A program made the position numbers and the translations under genes. DNA of 64,000 bases, from contig NC_086108.1 in the NCBI RefSeq assembly GCF_963921235.1, forward strand, positions 30,196,001 to 30,260,000, given 5' to 3'. The DNA comes from Mobula hypostoma (Eukaryota). This document shows positions 1-13,984 of this stretch, one piece after another. Numbering within the stretch: position 1 is the first letter of the stretch; each line of letters begins with the position of its first letter. The notes beneath the pieces were generated by a model, which had not been told where the DNA came from, made no database searches, and worked only from the letters and a program-made list of their open reading frames with translations.

Positions 1-483
1 ATTGACAGTATATCAGTGGACTGGCACTGCAGAGTACTGTGTCATCTAGCTGCCATTTGAAGCCCCTGGCATTGTGGCAATGGGTGGATAATCATACCCT
101 CCACCAGAATGGTATTCAGGGTCTCTGCTAATCTGCTTTTAAACTCAGTTCAATTCAATGGTGTTAATGTGCTGTACATTGCTGTCAGAATGCTCCAAGA
201 ACTTCGACCCACTACCTGGATGCATTGAGGAACTCAACTGGCCACTCAGCAACTTCAGTAGTTGCTATCTGGAACGTACTGCCAAAGGAGGTGGTGGGAT
301 CAGATAAAATTGTTTAAGAGACATTTAGGCATACACTTGAGGCCAAAAAGGATACAATACTAACACAAGCTAGTGGGATTAATGAAGGTGGTTAAAAAAT
401 GATCAACATGGTAGGCTGAATGGTCTGTTTCTGTGCTCTGTTACAATTAAAGCAAGTAAATGTTATCAAAGCACACAATATAA

Positions 484-1165
484 TGTCAGAATCAGAATTA
501 ATTATCACTGCCATATGTCATTAAATTTGTCAATTTTGTAGCAGGACAATGCAACACAATAATAGAGAACAAGCTGAATTGAAGTATGAATATACAGCAT
601 ATATTAAATGGTTAAATTAAATAAGTAGAGCAAAAAAAAAGTAGTGGGGTAATGTTCATGGATTCAATGTCCATTCAGAAAATGAATGGCAGAGGGGAAG
701 AAGCTGTTCCTGAGTCGTTGGGTGTGTGCCTTCAGGCTTCTGTACCTCCTTCCTGATGGTAGCAATGAGAAGAGGGTATGTCCTGGGTGATGGGGGTCCT
801 TAATGATGGACACTACCTTTCTAAGGCACCACCTGTTAAAGATGTCCCGGATACTATGGAGGCTTAGTGCCCATGATGGAGCTGACTGATGTCACAACAC
901 TGTGCAGTAGCCACTCATACCCGACGGTGGTACAGCCAGTTAGAATCCACTCCGCAGTACATCTGTAGAAACACCTTAGTGTTTTGGTGACATATCAAAT
1001 CTCAAGTTTGTAATGAAATATAGCAGTTATGCCTTCTCTATAGGTGCATGGATATGTTGGGCCTCAGCGATATTGACACCCAGGAAGTGGAAATTGCTCA
1101 CGCTTTCCACTTCAGATCCAGCTATGAGGACTGGTGTGTGTTCCCTCATTTTACCCTTTCTGAAG
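484..1165 (-). mobile_element. Rex1/Babar-like LINE 3' fragment
   Basis: The reverse strand gives degenerate DPHHPGH..FSLLPSGRRY..THTQR..NSFFP and an (attctg)n-type tail. Confidence 0.7.
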
Positions 1166-1350
1166 GGTAATGTGAATGGGGGAAAAAAAAGCCAGGGGTC
1201 ATCATACTTGGATTATTTTAGCTTGTCAGCAAGGCAGCTCAAAGAACTAAGTACTCTCATCAAACAAAGCTGGTTAATTCAGCACGTCTTATAAAACTTG
1301 GCAAATTGGGAACAGGGTTGTTGATGCAAGAGGACTCAACTTCCTCAGAA

Positions 1351-1426
1351 TACTTTACTGTGCGAAAGTCTTCGGTGCATATATTGTACATAGCGAGAGT
1401 GCCCAAGACCTTGGCACAACACTGCA
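1351..1426. mobile_element. Degenerate ~76-bp Tc1/mariner-type palindromic MITE
   Basis: tactgtgcgaaagtctt...aagaccttggcacaacactg inverted ends. Related copy at 1616-1696. Confidence 0.55.
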
Positions 1427-1615
1427 GTAATTTCATGCACTGCACCGCTGCCGCAAAAAAACAAATTTCATGACATATGGAACGGGAATCATGGTTGTGA
1501 AGAGAGAGGATGCAGCAGAAAGCAGCAGAGAGACATCTTGTAATAATCAATAAAAGCAATTGTTTGGAATCAAGTGACTTTGCCTGATGTGTCAGGGTTG
1601 GGTGCGTCTGACAAA

Positions 1616-1696
1616 TACAGTACTATGTAAAAGTCTTAGTTATATACCCTACTTATATACGTATACATGCGCCCATGAGTTTTGCACAGTACTACA
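1616..1696. mobile_element. ~80-bp Tc1/mariner-type palindromic MITE
   Basis: TA-cagtactatgtaaaagtctt...gagttttgcacagtacta inverted termini. Confidence 0.6.
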
Positions 1697-2109
1697 GACT
1701 GGGACCTCTTTGGTGCAAGATGTGTAGACATGGCAGAATCTGTTGTTGGGTGCATAGAAGAGGGTTTCATAAATTAGTATGTTGATAGTCCAGCAATCCA
1801 ATTAGAGAAGCAGCCATACTGAACCTGGGATTGGCAAATGAGCCTGGGCAGGTGACCGACCTTTCAGTTGGAGAAAACTTAAGAGAACAGTGACCACAAC
1901 ATTAAAGATAACTATGAATAATGCTGAGTAGATATAGGTCTTGCAGGGGAATACTTCCTTCCATGTTCCAAAGATGTACAGGTTACAAAGGGTTAGTACA
2001 TTGTAAGCATGGTATGTTGGCACCAGAAGCATGGTGGCACTTGTGGGCTACCCAGCACATCTTTTCACTGTATGTTTCCATGTACATGTGGTAAATAAAG
2101 CTAATCTTT

Positions 2110-5100
2110 AATTGGGGAATAGCAAATTATGATTGGATTAGGCAGGAACTAGGGAGAGTTAAATGGCAACAGTCGTTTTTGAACAAGTCCACATCTGACA
2201 TATGGAGGATACTTAAGGACATCTGCAGAGAGTACAGGAGAGTTACAGTATGTTCCAGTAAAATAAACTGATAAGGATGGCAAGGCAAGGAAATGTGGAT
2301 GATGAGAGCTGGTGAATATAGTCATGAAAATAAAGCATATGTAAGGTTTAGAAAGCTAAAATTAAACAGCACCCCTGAGGAATATAAAGAAGCCATAGAA
2401 TAACTCAAAGGGGAGCCAGGAAGGGCTACGAAATGTCTATGGCAAGTAGGACCATTCAACAATAAAAGACGGCAAATGGGTTTGGAGGAGAGGTCCTAAA
2501 TAAGTATTTGCATCAGTATTTACCAAGGAGGACATGGAGTATGCTAATATGCTGGAGACATTTCCAATAAAGAAAGAGGTCATGTAGGGTCTCTTGACTA
2601 ACATTAATATGAACAAATCCACAAGATCTGATGGGATATATGCAGGTTATTGAGAGTGCAAGAGATGACATTGCTGAGGTCATGACAATATCTGTGTCCT
2701 CTTTAGCCACAGGCAGGGTACTGAAGGACCGGGAGTAAAAAAAAACATTCCATTTTCAAGAAATAAAGATAATTCTGTTAATTATAGACTGCTGAGTCTC
2801 CCATCAGTGGTAAGGAAGTTATTGGAAAGGATTCTTAAGGTAGGATTTATGAGCTTTAGGGAAACCATGACCTGGCTAGGGTACCTAATGGTCTCTCTGA
2901 TGACGACATCTGCAGGAAGTGCAATCGACTTCAGCTCTCGATTGACAAGGTCAAGGAACTGGAGGTGAATACAATCAAGACCATCTGGAAGGCTGAAAAC
3001 TTCCCAGAAAACTAGACGAGTACTTCACTGAGGTGAACACACGTCGAGTGCAGGCTTCAGATAGTAGATGGGTGACCACCAGGAGAAGTAAGGGGATAAG
3101 CAGTCAGCGAGTGCAGGGTTCCCTTATAGCTGGCAGAAAAACCTATCAGAGCACAGCAACAAGCAGACCAGCAGCAACGTGGCTTTTTAGAGTAGCTTGT
3201 GGTTGACCCCACTAGGGGAAAGGCAATTCTGGATTTGGTGTGGTGAATTTTAATTAGAGAGCTTAAGGTAAAGGATCTTAATTTAAGATTTCACCCTGCA
3301 TTTGAGAGGGAGAAGTTATCAGATGTATCAATATTACAGTGGAGTAAAGGGAATTACAGAGGCATGACAGGAGCTGGCCAGTCGATTGGAAGGGGACACT
3401 AGCAGGGATGACAGCAATGGGTGGAGCTGCTGGGGCAATTCGAAATGCTCAGGATAGATACACCTTGAAGATGAAGAGGTATTCTAAAGGGAGGATTGGG
3501 AAGCTTTTAAAAACCCAACAAAATGCAACTTAAAAAAAAACGTAATGAGAAAAAAAAATCTACGCCAGCTAGCCAAAACATCAAAGAGGATACTAAACCT
3601 TTTTCAGATATATAAAGAGTAAGGACAGGCAAGTGTGTATATTTGACCACTAGAAATTGATGGCGAAGAGTCATTAGTGGGGTCATAGAAATTGCAGATG
3701 AATTTAAGTATTTTGCATTAATCTTCACAGTGGAAATCACTACCAGTACGTCAGAAATTCAAGTGTGTCAGGGGGCAGAAGAAAGTGTAGTTGCTATTAT
3801 TAAGGGAAAGGTGCTTGGGAAGCTGAAAGGTCTGAGGGTAGACAAGTCACCTAGACCTGATGAACTACATCCGAGGATTCTGAAAGAGGTAGCTAAAGAG
3901 ATTGTGGAGACATCAGTAATGATCTTTCAAGAATCACTAGATTCTGGAATGGTTCTAGAGGACCAGCAAACTGCAAATATCACTCCACTCTTAAGAATGG
4001 AGAGAGGTAGAAAAAAAAAGTATAGGATAGTTAGCCTGTCTTCAGTGGTTGGGAAGATGTTGCCATCCCCTATCAAAGATGAGGTACTTGGGGGCACATG
4101 TAAAGTAGGCCAAAGTTAGCATGGTTTCCTTAAGGGGAAAACTTGCCTGACAAATTAATCTTATTTTTACAAAGAATACTAAACAGGATAGATAAAGGAG
4201 AATCAGTGGGTGTTGTTTACTTGGATTTTCAGAAGGCCTTTCTTTGACAGGGTACCACACATGAGGCTGCTTAACAAAATAAGAACCCATGGTATTACAG
4301 GAAAGCTAACATGGATAGAAGATCAGCTGATTGGCAGGAGGCAGAGTCAGAATCAAGGGGGTCTATTCTGGTTGGTTGCCAGAGACTAATGGTGTTCCAC
4401 AGCAGCTGGTGTTGGAACTGCTACTGTTTATGTCAATGATTTGAATGACAGAATTGAAAGCTTGTGGTTAAGTTTGCAGATGATACAAAAGTAGGTGGAG
4501 GGGCAGGTGGTGTTGACGAAGCAGGGGGACTTGCAGAAAACTTGGACACATTGAGAGAGTGGACAAAGAATTGGCAGATGGAATATAGTGTAGAGAAATG
4601 TAGGATCATGCGCTTTATTCCTTTAACCAAGGGTGTAGACTATTTTCTAACCTGGAAGAAAATTCAAACGTCAGAGTTGCAGAGGAACTTGGAAGGATTC
4701 CTCAACAGATATTTTGCAGGTGGAGTCAGTGGTAAGGAAGGCAAAATGCAATGTTAGCATTCATTTCGAGAGCTTGAGAATACAAGAGCAAGGAAGTGAT
4801 GGTGTGGCTTTTTAAGGCATTGGTCAGACCTCACTTTGAGAATTGTAAGCATTTTTAGGACCCTTATCTAAAAAATGTGCTTGTTTTGGACAGAGTCCAA
4901 AGGAGGTTCATGAGAATGATTCTCTGGGAAAGTAAGGGTTATTGTACGAGGAACTTTAGTTGGTTGTGGGCCTATACTCGCTAGGATTTAGAAGAATAGG
5001 TGGGAATCTCATTGCAATCTATTGAATATTGAAAGGCCTAGATAAGGTGGAGGTGGAGTGTAAGTTTCCTATAATTGGGGGGGGGGGGTTGTCTAGGACT

Positions 5101-6125
5101 GGAGGGCACAGCCTCAGAATAGAGGGATGTCCATTTAGAACAGAGATGAGAGGGATTTTCTTTAGCTAGCAGTGGTGAATTTGTGGAATTCATTGCAATA
5201 GACTGCTGATAAGACCAAGTCATTGAGTATCTTTAAAGCAGAGGTTGATAGATTCTTGTTAAGTTAGGGTGTTAAAAGTTATGGGGAGAATGAGGTTGAG
5301 AGAGATAACAAATCAGCCAAGATGGAATGGCGGAGCAGGCTTGATTGGTTGAGTAGCCTAATTCTGCTCCTACGTCTATGTCTTATGATATAATAAAGTA
5401 TAGATCAGTTGCAGATATGGATGGAGAAATGGCAAATTGGAGTTTAGTCTAGCTATTTGTGAAGTGTTGCATTCTGGAAGATCAAATGTAAACGGGACAG
5501 TACACAGTTATTAGCAGGACGGTTAACAGAGCTGACATACAGAAGGAGCTTCAGGTCCATGTCCGTAGCTCCCCGATTGTGGCTACACAAGTCAATGGGA
5601 TGGTAAAAGAGTACGGCATACTTGCCTGTCAGAAGCATCAAGTTCATGAATTAAGAAGTCATGCAGCAGCTCTAAAAAATATTGCATTCAATTCAGGTCA
5701 CTCATTATGAGAAAGAAGAGCTTTACCAGGATGCTACCTGGATTAGATGGCATGTTACATAAGGGGAGGTTGGATAAACTTGGGATTTTCTCGCTGAAGC
5801 AGCAAAGGCTGAGGGCAGACCTGATAAAGGTTTATAAGATTATGAGAAGCATAGGCAGACAGCTGGGATCTTCCATACCACAGGATCAAAGTGTCTACAG
5901 CTAGAGAGCATGCATTTAAGGGGCAACTTCGAAGTGGTGCAGGGCAAGAAATTTTTTGTCTATACAGAGTAGTGGGTGCCCTGAGTGTGCTGCCAGGGGC
6001 AGTAACGGAGGCAAATATGATAGAGGCATTGGATAGCCACATGAATGTATAGGAAATGAAGAGAATTGGACATTGTGCAGGCTGAAGAGAACAGTTTAAT
6101 TAGCTCAGCATATTATGGGCTGAAG
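2110..6125 (+). mobile_element. Degenerate CR1 LINE cluster: an older copy interrupted by a second CR1 (~2890-5390)
   Basis: RT fragments (KSPRPDELHPRILKE, KFADDTKVGG), an ORF1 zinc-finger remnant near 2905-2960, and a CR1 3' tail at about 5340-5390. Confidence 0.85.
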
Positions 6126-6391
6126 TATTTTAACTTGGGGCCAAATTCTTTTTCAGGTCCCCACTGAAGAACAAGAAAGCAAATCTGTCAACCTTCACTC
6201 CATCACTTAAGCACAGGGAAAAGAAAGTAGAAGTGCTATGAGTGCAAGCAAGTCTGCTTTAACACCTGTATTGGATTATAGGTGTCCCAGGTTTAAAGGC
6301 AATGATCTTTTAACACAATTAATTGATTTACCAAATAGCACAATGTTTATACTAGGTCCCAGAAGGTGGCCATTATCAATTCAAAACTTAC

Positions 6392-6538
6392 AGCACGAGC
6401 AGTCAATGGGAGGCCATCCTTGCTCTTTTCTGCAGGATCAAGCATTCCGAGTTGCACAGCCAGTTCTCTCTTCTCGTCAGCAATGATGGGAAATGGCAGC
6501 TTCTCAACAGGCTTGTTTCCAATGTAGGCATTGATATC
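6392..6538 (-). CDS. PRDX6: Peroxiredoxin-6 coding exon 3 (DINAY...LPFPIIADEKRELAVQLGMLDP...LTARA)
   Basis: Clear PRDX6 similarity. Acceptor gcag|GAT and donor GCT|gtaagt. 147 nt, phase 0/0. Contains the catalytic Arg (human R132 equivalent). Later exons presumably lie left of the window. Confidence 0.96.
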
Positions 6539-6689
6539 CTGCATTTAGTAAACAGAAATTAGCAAAGTACCACATCTCCCTCACTTGGCAAGATTTCTGA
6601 GTGGAATTTCAAACAATTTGCCATGATTTCTTGTTGGGTCAAGAACTGTCCTTAACAGAATAGCTAAAGAATGGATGTCCATCTCTACC

Positions 6690-7100
6690 CTACAGCTGGG
6701 CAGGATACTGGTGAAACCACAACTGGAGGACTGCATATAGATATGCCCTTCTTATTTGGTAAAGGGACATGGTCACGTTGCAGGCAGATCAGAGAATTCT
6801 TGCAAAGTTGTCCTAGGGATGAGAGAGTTAATTTATGAGACATAGTGGGGAAGGTTGGGCACATCCTCCCTGGAGTTCAGAAGAATGAGGAGTGATCAAT
6901 TTGAACATATACAAGACTTAGGAGGGGTTGATGGTGAGAGGATGTCCCACATGGGAAAACAACCTAGAATTAGGGAATCTAGTTTCCAGAATAAATGGTT
7001 GGTCAGATGGAGACTAAGATGAATTTCCTCACTCAAAAGGATCACAAATCTACTCCAGAAAATTGTAGCGACTGAATTGGTAAATGATTAATATTAAGTA
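6690..7100 (+). mobile_element. Old CR1 3' fragment
   Basis: Degenerate LVKPQLEDC...SLEFRRMRSD RT C-terminal similarity. Confidence 0.6.
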
Positions 7101-9354
7101 AAAATCCAAAACTCAGTCCACGACAGAGCCAGTGAGGTTTACAGGAAGGTGTTTCCTGCTTGGCACTGCTGCCTACCGCACCTCCAACAATGCCCCTAGG
7201 TCAGCTGCAGGGTCATCCGCCGGGGACCACCATTCATTGATGTTTCACTACCTCAGCCCTGGTTCATCTCCTGGTGACAGGGCAGTGGCAGCAACGTCTC
7301 CCTGCCACCCCCTTGCAGCTTTCAAAGGTGTTTGTCAGTCCCCCAATTTTTGTCCTACCTCCTCAGCCACAGCCAAAAGCTGCCCTTTTCTGCTTCTTCA
7401 GCCAACCCTCTGGGACCAAAGTGGAGACTAGATTTGACAGCTGTGATGATCTTACTCAATGGTGGAGCAGTTTTGAGGATTTGGATGGCCAAAAGCAATT
7501 CCTATTGATATTCTTAAACATGTGAGCTACACAATGCAGCAGTTCAGTAGACAACTTCATGTTCATCTTTATGGCCTATATTTCATTCCAAAAATGGATT
7601 GCAAAATTCACCCGCTCCATTTTTGGGGATATTACAACATAACATTGCTCCATCTATCTATTTTACAATCCTCCAAATTTGGGAAGTTCATTTGCATGCT
7701 ATATCCTTTCATGAACAGAAGGTATTAATGGTCAAATTTCTCACTACGTCCAGCATTTAGATACACACCTGAAACCTTACTGGGCAAGCCTTAAAGATAG
7801 AGCATACGGACAGGACTCCAAGAGTTACTGACTGACAGCAGGTACAGATACACTATATCACTTACAAGGGATGACTTGTGTTCAAGTGAACTTCAGATTG
7901 TCATTACCACAGTTTGTATTTCAAAAAAAAACAAACAGGTTGGGGTCAAAAACCCTTCATCAGTACTGATAAAAGCAGTTATTGCTGGCAAGAGCTTGCA
8001 GGGAGCTCTCCAAGGCCATAAATGCAGCAAGTGACAGCCTGCATTTTGGAGAAGTACAGTGCAGGGATATCCCTAGACCTGCTCTGCCTGCGTCTGTAGC
8101 CTAAAGTAACAGTCAGGTCTCGCTGAATGAGAGTTTCGTGAGCTCCACTAATACAGTAGCAATCAGCAAACTCAGCTATCACATCAATCAGCAAATATGG
8201 GATCAACTCCTGAGGCAAGGGAGGTGGATAACAAGGCTGACCAGTCCCAGTAGATATCTGTGTTACTTGGGAGATATCTTTTGTACACCCAAGTGATCTA
8301 TACTAACGGGTGTTAGAAAGCAGTTTTAATTATAGTGTTCCAGGGTCAGTGTTGAGCGTAAACTGGGTAGAGTGCGCTGTGAATGTAGGTTTACAGTAAA
8401 TGGTGCTTTACATATAGTCAATCTGAGACTTCAGGGTTTGCAACAACTGATTCTGAAAGGATACACAAACTCTCTCTCTCTGATGTTCCTTTCCAGCTGG
8501 ATCTACCTTCACTCACTCATTCTATACAACTGTGTTAAGTGGCGACAAACTTAGTCAACGGTACTTCAGTCCCGCGACTTGTACCCACCACTACCATATC
8601 CATTTTAATGTGAGACACCTCTGTACCTATTGGTATGGGATAGTAGACATGAGTTCAGAGCTAAATATGGATTTGCTCCTCGAGAGACAATCCATTGCTC
8701 TCTGGTCCCTGAAATCAAGCTCAATCAGATACCTGTGAGTCACTTGCTGTGACATCCCAAGTTGACTACAGAAGTATTGTCAACAGGACTTAAATACAGA
8801 AAATGATTGTAGAGACTTCCTCAAAAAAAAATCCCACTGTTGTTTCTGAGTTTTTACTAGTTCCTCAAGGATGAGGCAAAAGGAAGAATATTCCTTTAAA
8901 CAATTAAACTAATCCAATAGTTAAATAAATAGCAATAATACATTCATTATTTGCAGTAATTTCAACATGAGAGACAATGAAGTAAGAACACAGATTTTAT
9001 TGTTATAATAGTTGAACACAAGGCTGACACTGGGACTGCAACTAAGGCATGGAGAGCTAACATGCATTTGACAGCCACGTACCTCAGGGCCAAGTTCACT
9101 TCCCATAATGAATCAAAATCACAAAGTACTCAACTCAAGAGACTAACCCACATCATTCCTGAATTCCCAGTATTTGAAAATATAACAAAACTAAATAATT
9201 CCCTTTAAGATGGCAAATTTAGTAATTGTTAAAAATGTGTACTTGGCAGATACCTGTTTCGTTGTTTAGACCATTGAACTGATCTCAACGGAAGTTAACC
9301 CACGGGATTTTCTTTAAAAAACTGTACATAACTATAGAAAATTTTGCACTGTAC

Positions 9355-9511
9355 CTGGCTCCATCCTAGGTGATCTTGAACACTGTCAATTGATAGAGCA
9401 ATTACTTTCACTTTGCGCTTTTCAAATTCTGGAATCATTTTTGCCATGAGGCCCAGCTCTGTAGTGCAGACTGGGGTGTAGTCAGCTGGGTGCGAGAACA
9501 AAATGCCCCAT
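9355..9511 (-). CDS. PRDX6: Peroxiredoxin-6 coding exon 2 ([20 protein letters not shown]...DHLGWSQ), carries the peroxidatic Cys
   Basis: PVCTTE active-site motif (Cys codon 9468-9466). Acceptor tacag|A and donor CAG|gtac. 157 nt, phase-compatible with exon 1, and the join completes GDSWG. Confidence 0.97.
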
Positions 9512-9829
9512 CTGTACAACAAACAATGTCCATCAGTACAACAGCTTTGCTAAAATAACAAAATAGCAAGTAGACCCAAAACTAAAAAATTGGCTAGACG
9601 TATATATAACTACATACTCAACCACAACATTGAAATCTAGCTCAGCGACATTTTTTGCAATCGCAAAATAATTGTTGTCATGCAGAATTGTCATACAGTC
9701 ACACTCAGAAACTGTTATAATGACAAGGTTATGAATCAAAAAGGTACTGCATGGAGAAAGGGCACTTTAGTTCACTGTTCTGCCCTGAATATCAAGTATC
9801 CATATGTATATGAATGTCATCTCACCCAT

Positions 9830-10030
9830 TATATTCAGGCCCCATCAACTTTTCACCCTCCCCTTCCTCCACCTTCTCCCATGCATGTTCACACCATAGG
9901 TGATTTACAGTGCCAATTTTTGGGATGGCCAGGAAACCCAGGGAGAACATGCAAACTCCAACACTCAGCATGAGGGATCAGGATCCAACCTAGACCACTA
10001 AAGCTGTGAAGCTGCAGGTCTCCTAACTGC
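9830..10030 (-). mobile_element. tRNA-derived V-SINE/HE1-like remnant
   Basis: The reverse strand has a B-box-like ggttggatcc and the V-domain core ggagtttgcatgttctccctgggtttcct. Confidence 0.6.
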
Positions 10031-11204
10031 ATCAACTTTTTAAGGGATGTTGGTTTTTGAATATGAGGAATGAAAGAGGCCACAAAACGTTTAAAGTCCA
10101 GTTCAGAGAGTAAAGCTTTAGCTTCAACGTCTCATCAGAAGGGAAACATTTCCGAGCACAGTAGCCCCTGAGAAACACACTCCAGTTTTAGCCTGAACGA
10201 TAACACAGACATTCAGAAACAAGCCAGCAGTTTACTCATTAGATATTCTCAACGCAGACCAAAAGGTTTTAACTGCGAGTCTCGAATCAAAGTCAGAAAT
10301 ACCACATCTGCATTTTATATACAAACAACAAGTTTCCATCTTGTTTAACATGATTAGGGCACTATCACAGAAAAGATGCTTAACCTTAGAAGAAATTATG
10401 CTACAGGCTCACCAAAATAATAAAAGGGTTTAGATGGTAGTTAGGTAACAAGAGACTATAGAAGCATAGTTTGTATAACCTTGAAAAATAACTATCTAAA
10501 AAACAATATTAAAAGCAAAAAATATTTCTGCATGTCAATGAAAAAAATGTTGAAAGTGTACATTAAGAAAAACATTAATATCTAGAGACAAGACATGGGC
10601 AAATAGGGGCAATAGTGTGAGGAAGAGCTGGTGAGGTTCTGAGATTTCAGAGCATTTGAAGGAAAGATGGATTTTACATCAAACCAGGCTCACTAACTGT
10701 GGATATTTTCAATAAATTCAGAAATGAAAACCAGAACTGGCCAACATATTCCAAGTATTCCCACTGCTAAGTCATTTAATCTTATTTCTGCAAAACTAAG
10801 GTTTACAGATAAATTTACCTATTCATAGCAACATTTATACAGAAGATTTAGTGTAGTGATGTTTCTAATTTTATTTGCTCCAAAACATAAAAACAATCTT
10901 TGCTAAAAACATTTGCACAAATAGCAATTTACAATCCGCAGGGCATTCTTCCACACTACTCTGTAAGTAATAAGGTGTTTGAAGAAAGGAGACAGCACTA
11001 TTTATTGAACTTTTTTATGGCCTTTGAATTTCTGAAACCAACAGAGGTACAAAGAATAGCAATCTGTGGTTTAATTTATTACATGACAGAGCATAGTGAT
11101 ATGTTAATCTTTAAACCACAAGAAAGTCCAGAACTAAATCATGTAGAGTTGCTTATTATTTTCCAAAGCAAACTGCTACAAGGGAAAAAGAGCTCGGAGG
11201 TGTT

Positions 11205-11456
11205 GGAGTTCAGTGTTCAATTCCGGCACTGCTTGTAAGGAGTTTGTGCGTTCTGCCTGTGACCGAGTGGGTTTCCTCAGAGTGCTCCAATTTCCTCCTA
11301 CAGCACAGTGAACTACCAGCTAGTAGGTTAATTGGTGTTTGGAAAATTGTCTTGTGATTAGGCTACTGTTAAATATGTGGGTAGCTGGGTAGTGCAGCTC
11401 GTTGGGCCAAAAGGGCCTGTCGTGCACCATATCCCTAAGAAAGAATAAAATAAAAT
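11205..11456 (+). mobile_element. V-SINE/HE1-like SINE
   Basis: gttcaattcc B box, tgtaaggagtttgt..gtgggtttcctc..gtgctcc core, A-rich tail. Confidence 0.75.
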
Positions 11457-13984
11457 ACTGCAAGTTCCAGGGAATTATCACATTCTGTTATAAAAAGAAA
11501 TGCATCCTGGAAGTGTGGACCCTACTGTATATTAAGGAATAAAGTACAGTTGGGGAAAATCAGCCTAAACTCTAGCAAAACCAATCAGTCCAATAGTCGT
11601 GAGTTCTGGGAATTAGATATTAAAACAAAATAGGATGCTGCCACAACATATTTCTGTTACTTTCATTAATCAAACAAGAATATAGAGGCAACTTACACTG
11701 AAATAAATTGATCAATTATTTGGAAGTATTATTGGAACATTTATTAAGATCTGGAAAAAAATTTGCTGTTCAATAAGGAAATATTATTTTCAATCATTTA
11801 CCTGCAACTGTAAAAAATGGAATTACAAAAGGAGATAGGAAACTTTCTCAAAGTTGTTTTGCATTGGATATGTGGTCAACGGATAGGAAGGAATTGAGTT
11901 TTGTTCTCAGCACCACCTACAGTTACTCCAGCATAAGTCTTAAAGCAACAGGATTAATAAAAGCTGCATAACTAAAACAATGCACTGATTCACTGTGGCG
12001 AGAAATCACTCCAGCCTAGTCAACAAAATGGAAACATAACATTTTAACATCCAAGTAAAATCAGGAAATTAAGAAAAATGATTTGTAGCAAGATTAATAA
12101 TGAATAATTCAAATAAAGATGCAGTTATGTACAGAATTCAATGTTACAACCTCCCCACTAATTTCGCTCTGCTCTCAAATTCAGATGAACCTTTCTATTA
12201 CTTTTCTAGATCTCTCCACCTTAGGAGACAAACTATTCACTGACATTTGCTATAAACCAACCAACTCCCACAATTATTTAGACTACAAGCACCCAGTGGC
12301 CTGGCCTCCAGAGCCACCTGTGTCAATGAATTCCACAGATTCACCACTCTCTGGCTAAAGAAATTCCTTTGCATCTTTGTTCTAAATATACGACCCCTCA
12401 TTCTGAGGCTGTGCCTTCTGGTCCTAGACTCCCCCTCTATCTAGGACTTCCAATGAAATCTCTTCTCACTGTGTCTTTGTAAGGATGTGACCCCCTTTCT
12501 CCCAGTTTCTTCATCTCTGCTGCATCTGCTCCCAAGATAATGCCTTCTGTTCTAGAACAAAAGGCCCTAAGACATAGATGCAAAATTAGGCCATCTGGCC
12601 TATTGAATTTGCACCACCATTCAATCATGGCTGATCCTTTTTTCCCCTTTCTCAGCCCCACTCCACGGCCTTCTCCCGATAATCTTTGATGCCATGTCCA
12701 GTCAAGAACCTATTAATCTCCACCTTAAATACACCCAATGACCTGGCCTCTGCATCTGCCTATAACAACAAATTCCACAAAGTCACCACCTTCCGGCTAA
12801 AGAAATTTCTCTGTATCTCTGTTTTAAATGGACGCCCCTCTATCCAGAGGCTGTGCCCTCATGTCCTAGTCTCCACCACCATGGGAAACGTCCTTTCCAC
12901 ATCTACTCTGTCTAGGCCTTTCAACATTCAAAAGGCTTCAATGAGATCCCCCCTCCCCACCTATCCTTCTAAATTCCAGTGAGTTTAGATCCAAAGCTAT
13001 CAAACGTTCCTCATATGATAATCCTTTCATTCCCAGAATCATCATTATGAACCTCTTCTCAATGCTGTCCAATGCCAGCACATCTTTTCTTCGATGAAGA
13101 GTCCAAAATTGTTCACAATTCTAAGGTGAGGCCTCAACCAGTGCCTTATAAAACCTCAGCATCATTTATTCAGTTCTTATATTCTAGCCTTTGAAATGAA
13201 TACTAATATTGCATTTGCCTTCCTCACTACCAACTCTACCTACAAGTTAATCTTTAAGGTGTTCCGCACAAAGACTCCCAAGTCCCTTTGCATCTCAGAT
13301 TTTTTTCTTCCTGTTTAGAAAATAGACTGCACATTTATTTCTTCTACCAAAGTGTACAACCATGCATTTCCCAATATTGTATTTCATTTGCCACTTTCTT
13401 GCCCGTTCTCCTAATCTAAGTCCTTCTGCATCCTATCCGTTTCCTCAACACGACCTCCCCCTCCACCAATCTTCGTGTCATCTGCAAACTTGGCAACAAA
13501 GCCATCTATTCCATCATCCAAATCATTTATATACAGCATAAATAGAAGCAGTCCCAACACCGACCCCTGCAGACCACCACACGTCATTGGGAGCCAACCA
13601 GAAAAGGATCCTTTTATTTGCACTCGCTGCCTTGTATCAATCAGCCAATGCTCTAACCATGCTAGTACCTTTTCTGTAATACCATGGGCTCTTAACTTGG
13701 TTGGCAGACTTACATGTGGCACCTCGTCAAAGGCCTTCTAAAGTTCCAAAAATACAACATCCACTGTATCCCCTTTATCTATCCTTTGTGTAATCTCCCC
13801 AAAGAATTCCAACAGGTTCATCAGGCAAGATTTTCCCTAAAGGAAACCATGCTGACTTTGTCCTATCCTGTCCTGTGTCACCAAGTACTCCATAACCTCA
13901 TCCTTAACAATTGACTGCAACGTCTTCCCAACCACTGAGTTCAGGCTAACTGACCTATAATTTCCATTTTGCTACCCCCTTCCT

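Noticed and set aside
1..6391. Search for PRDX6 exons 4-5 (VF..GPDKKLKLS.LYP.TTGRNF)
   Set aside because: Not found by eye. The region is TE-derived, so these exons probably lie left of the window; their absence is not evidence of a pseudogene.
10900..11238. 112-aa ORF in apparently unique intronic DNA
   Set aside because: It has a TTG start, no recognisable homology, is antisense to PRDX6, and ends inside a SINE.
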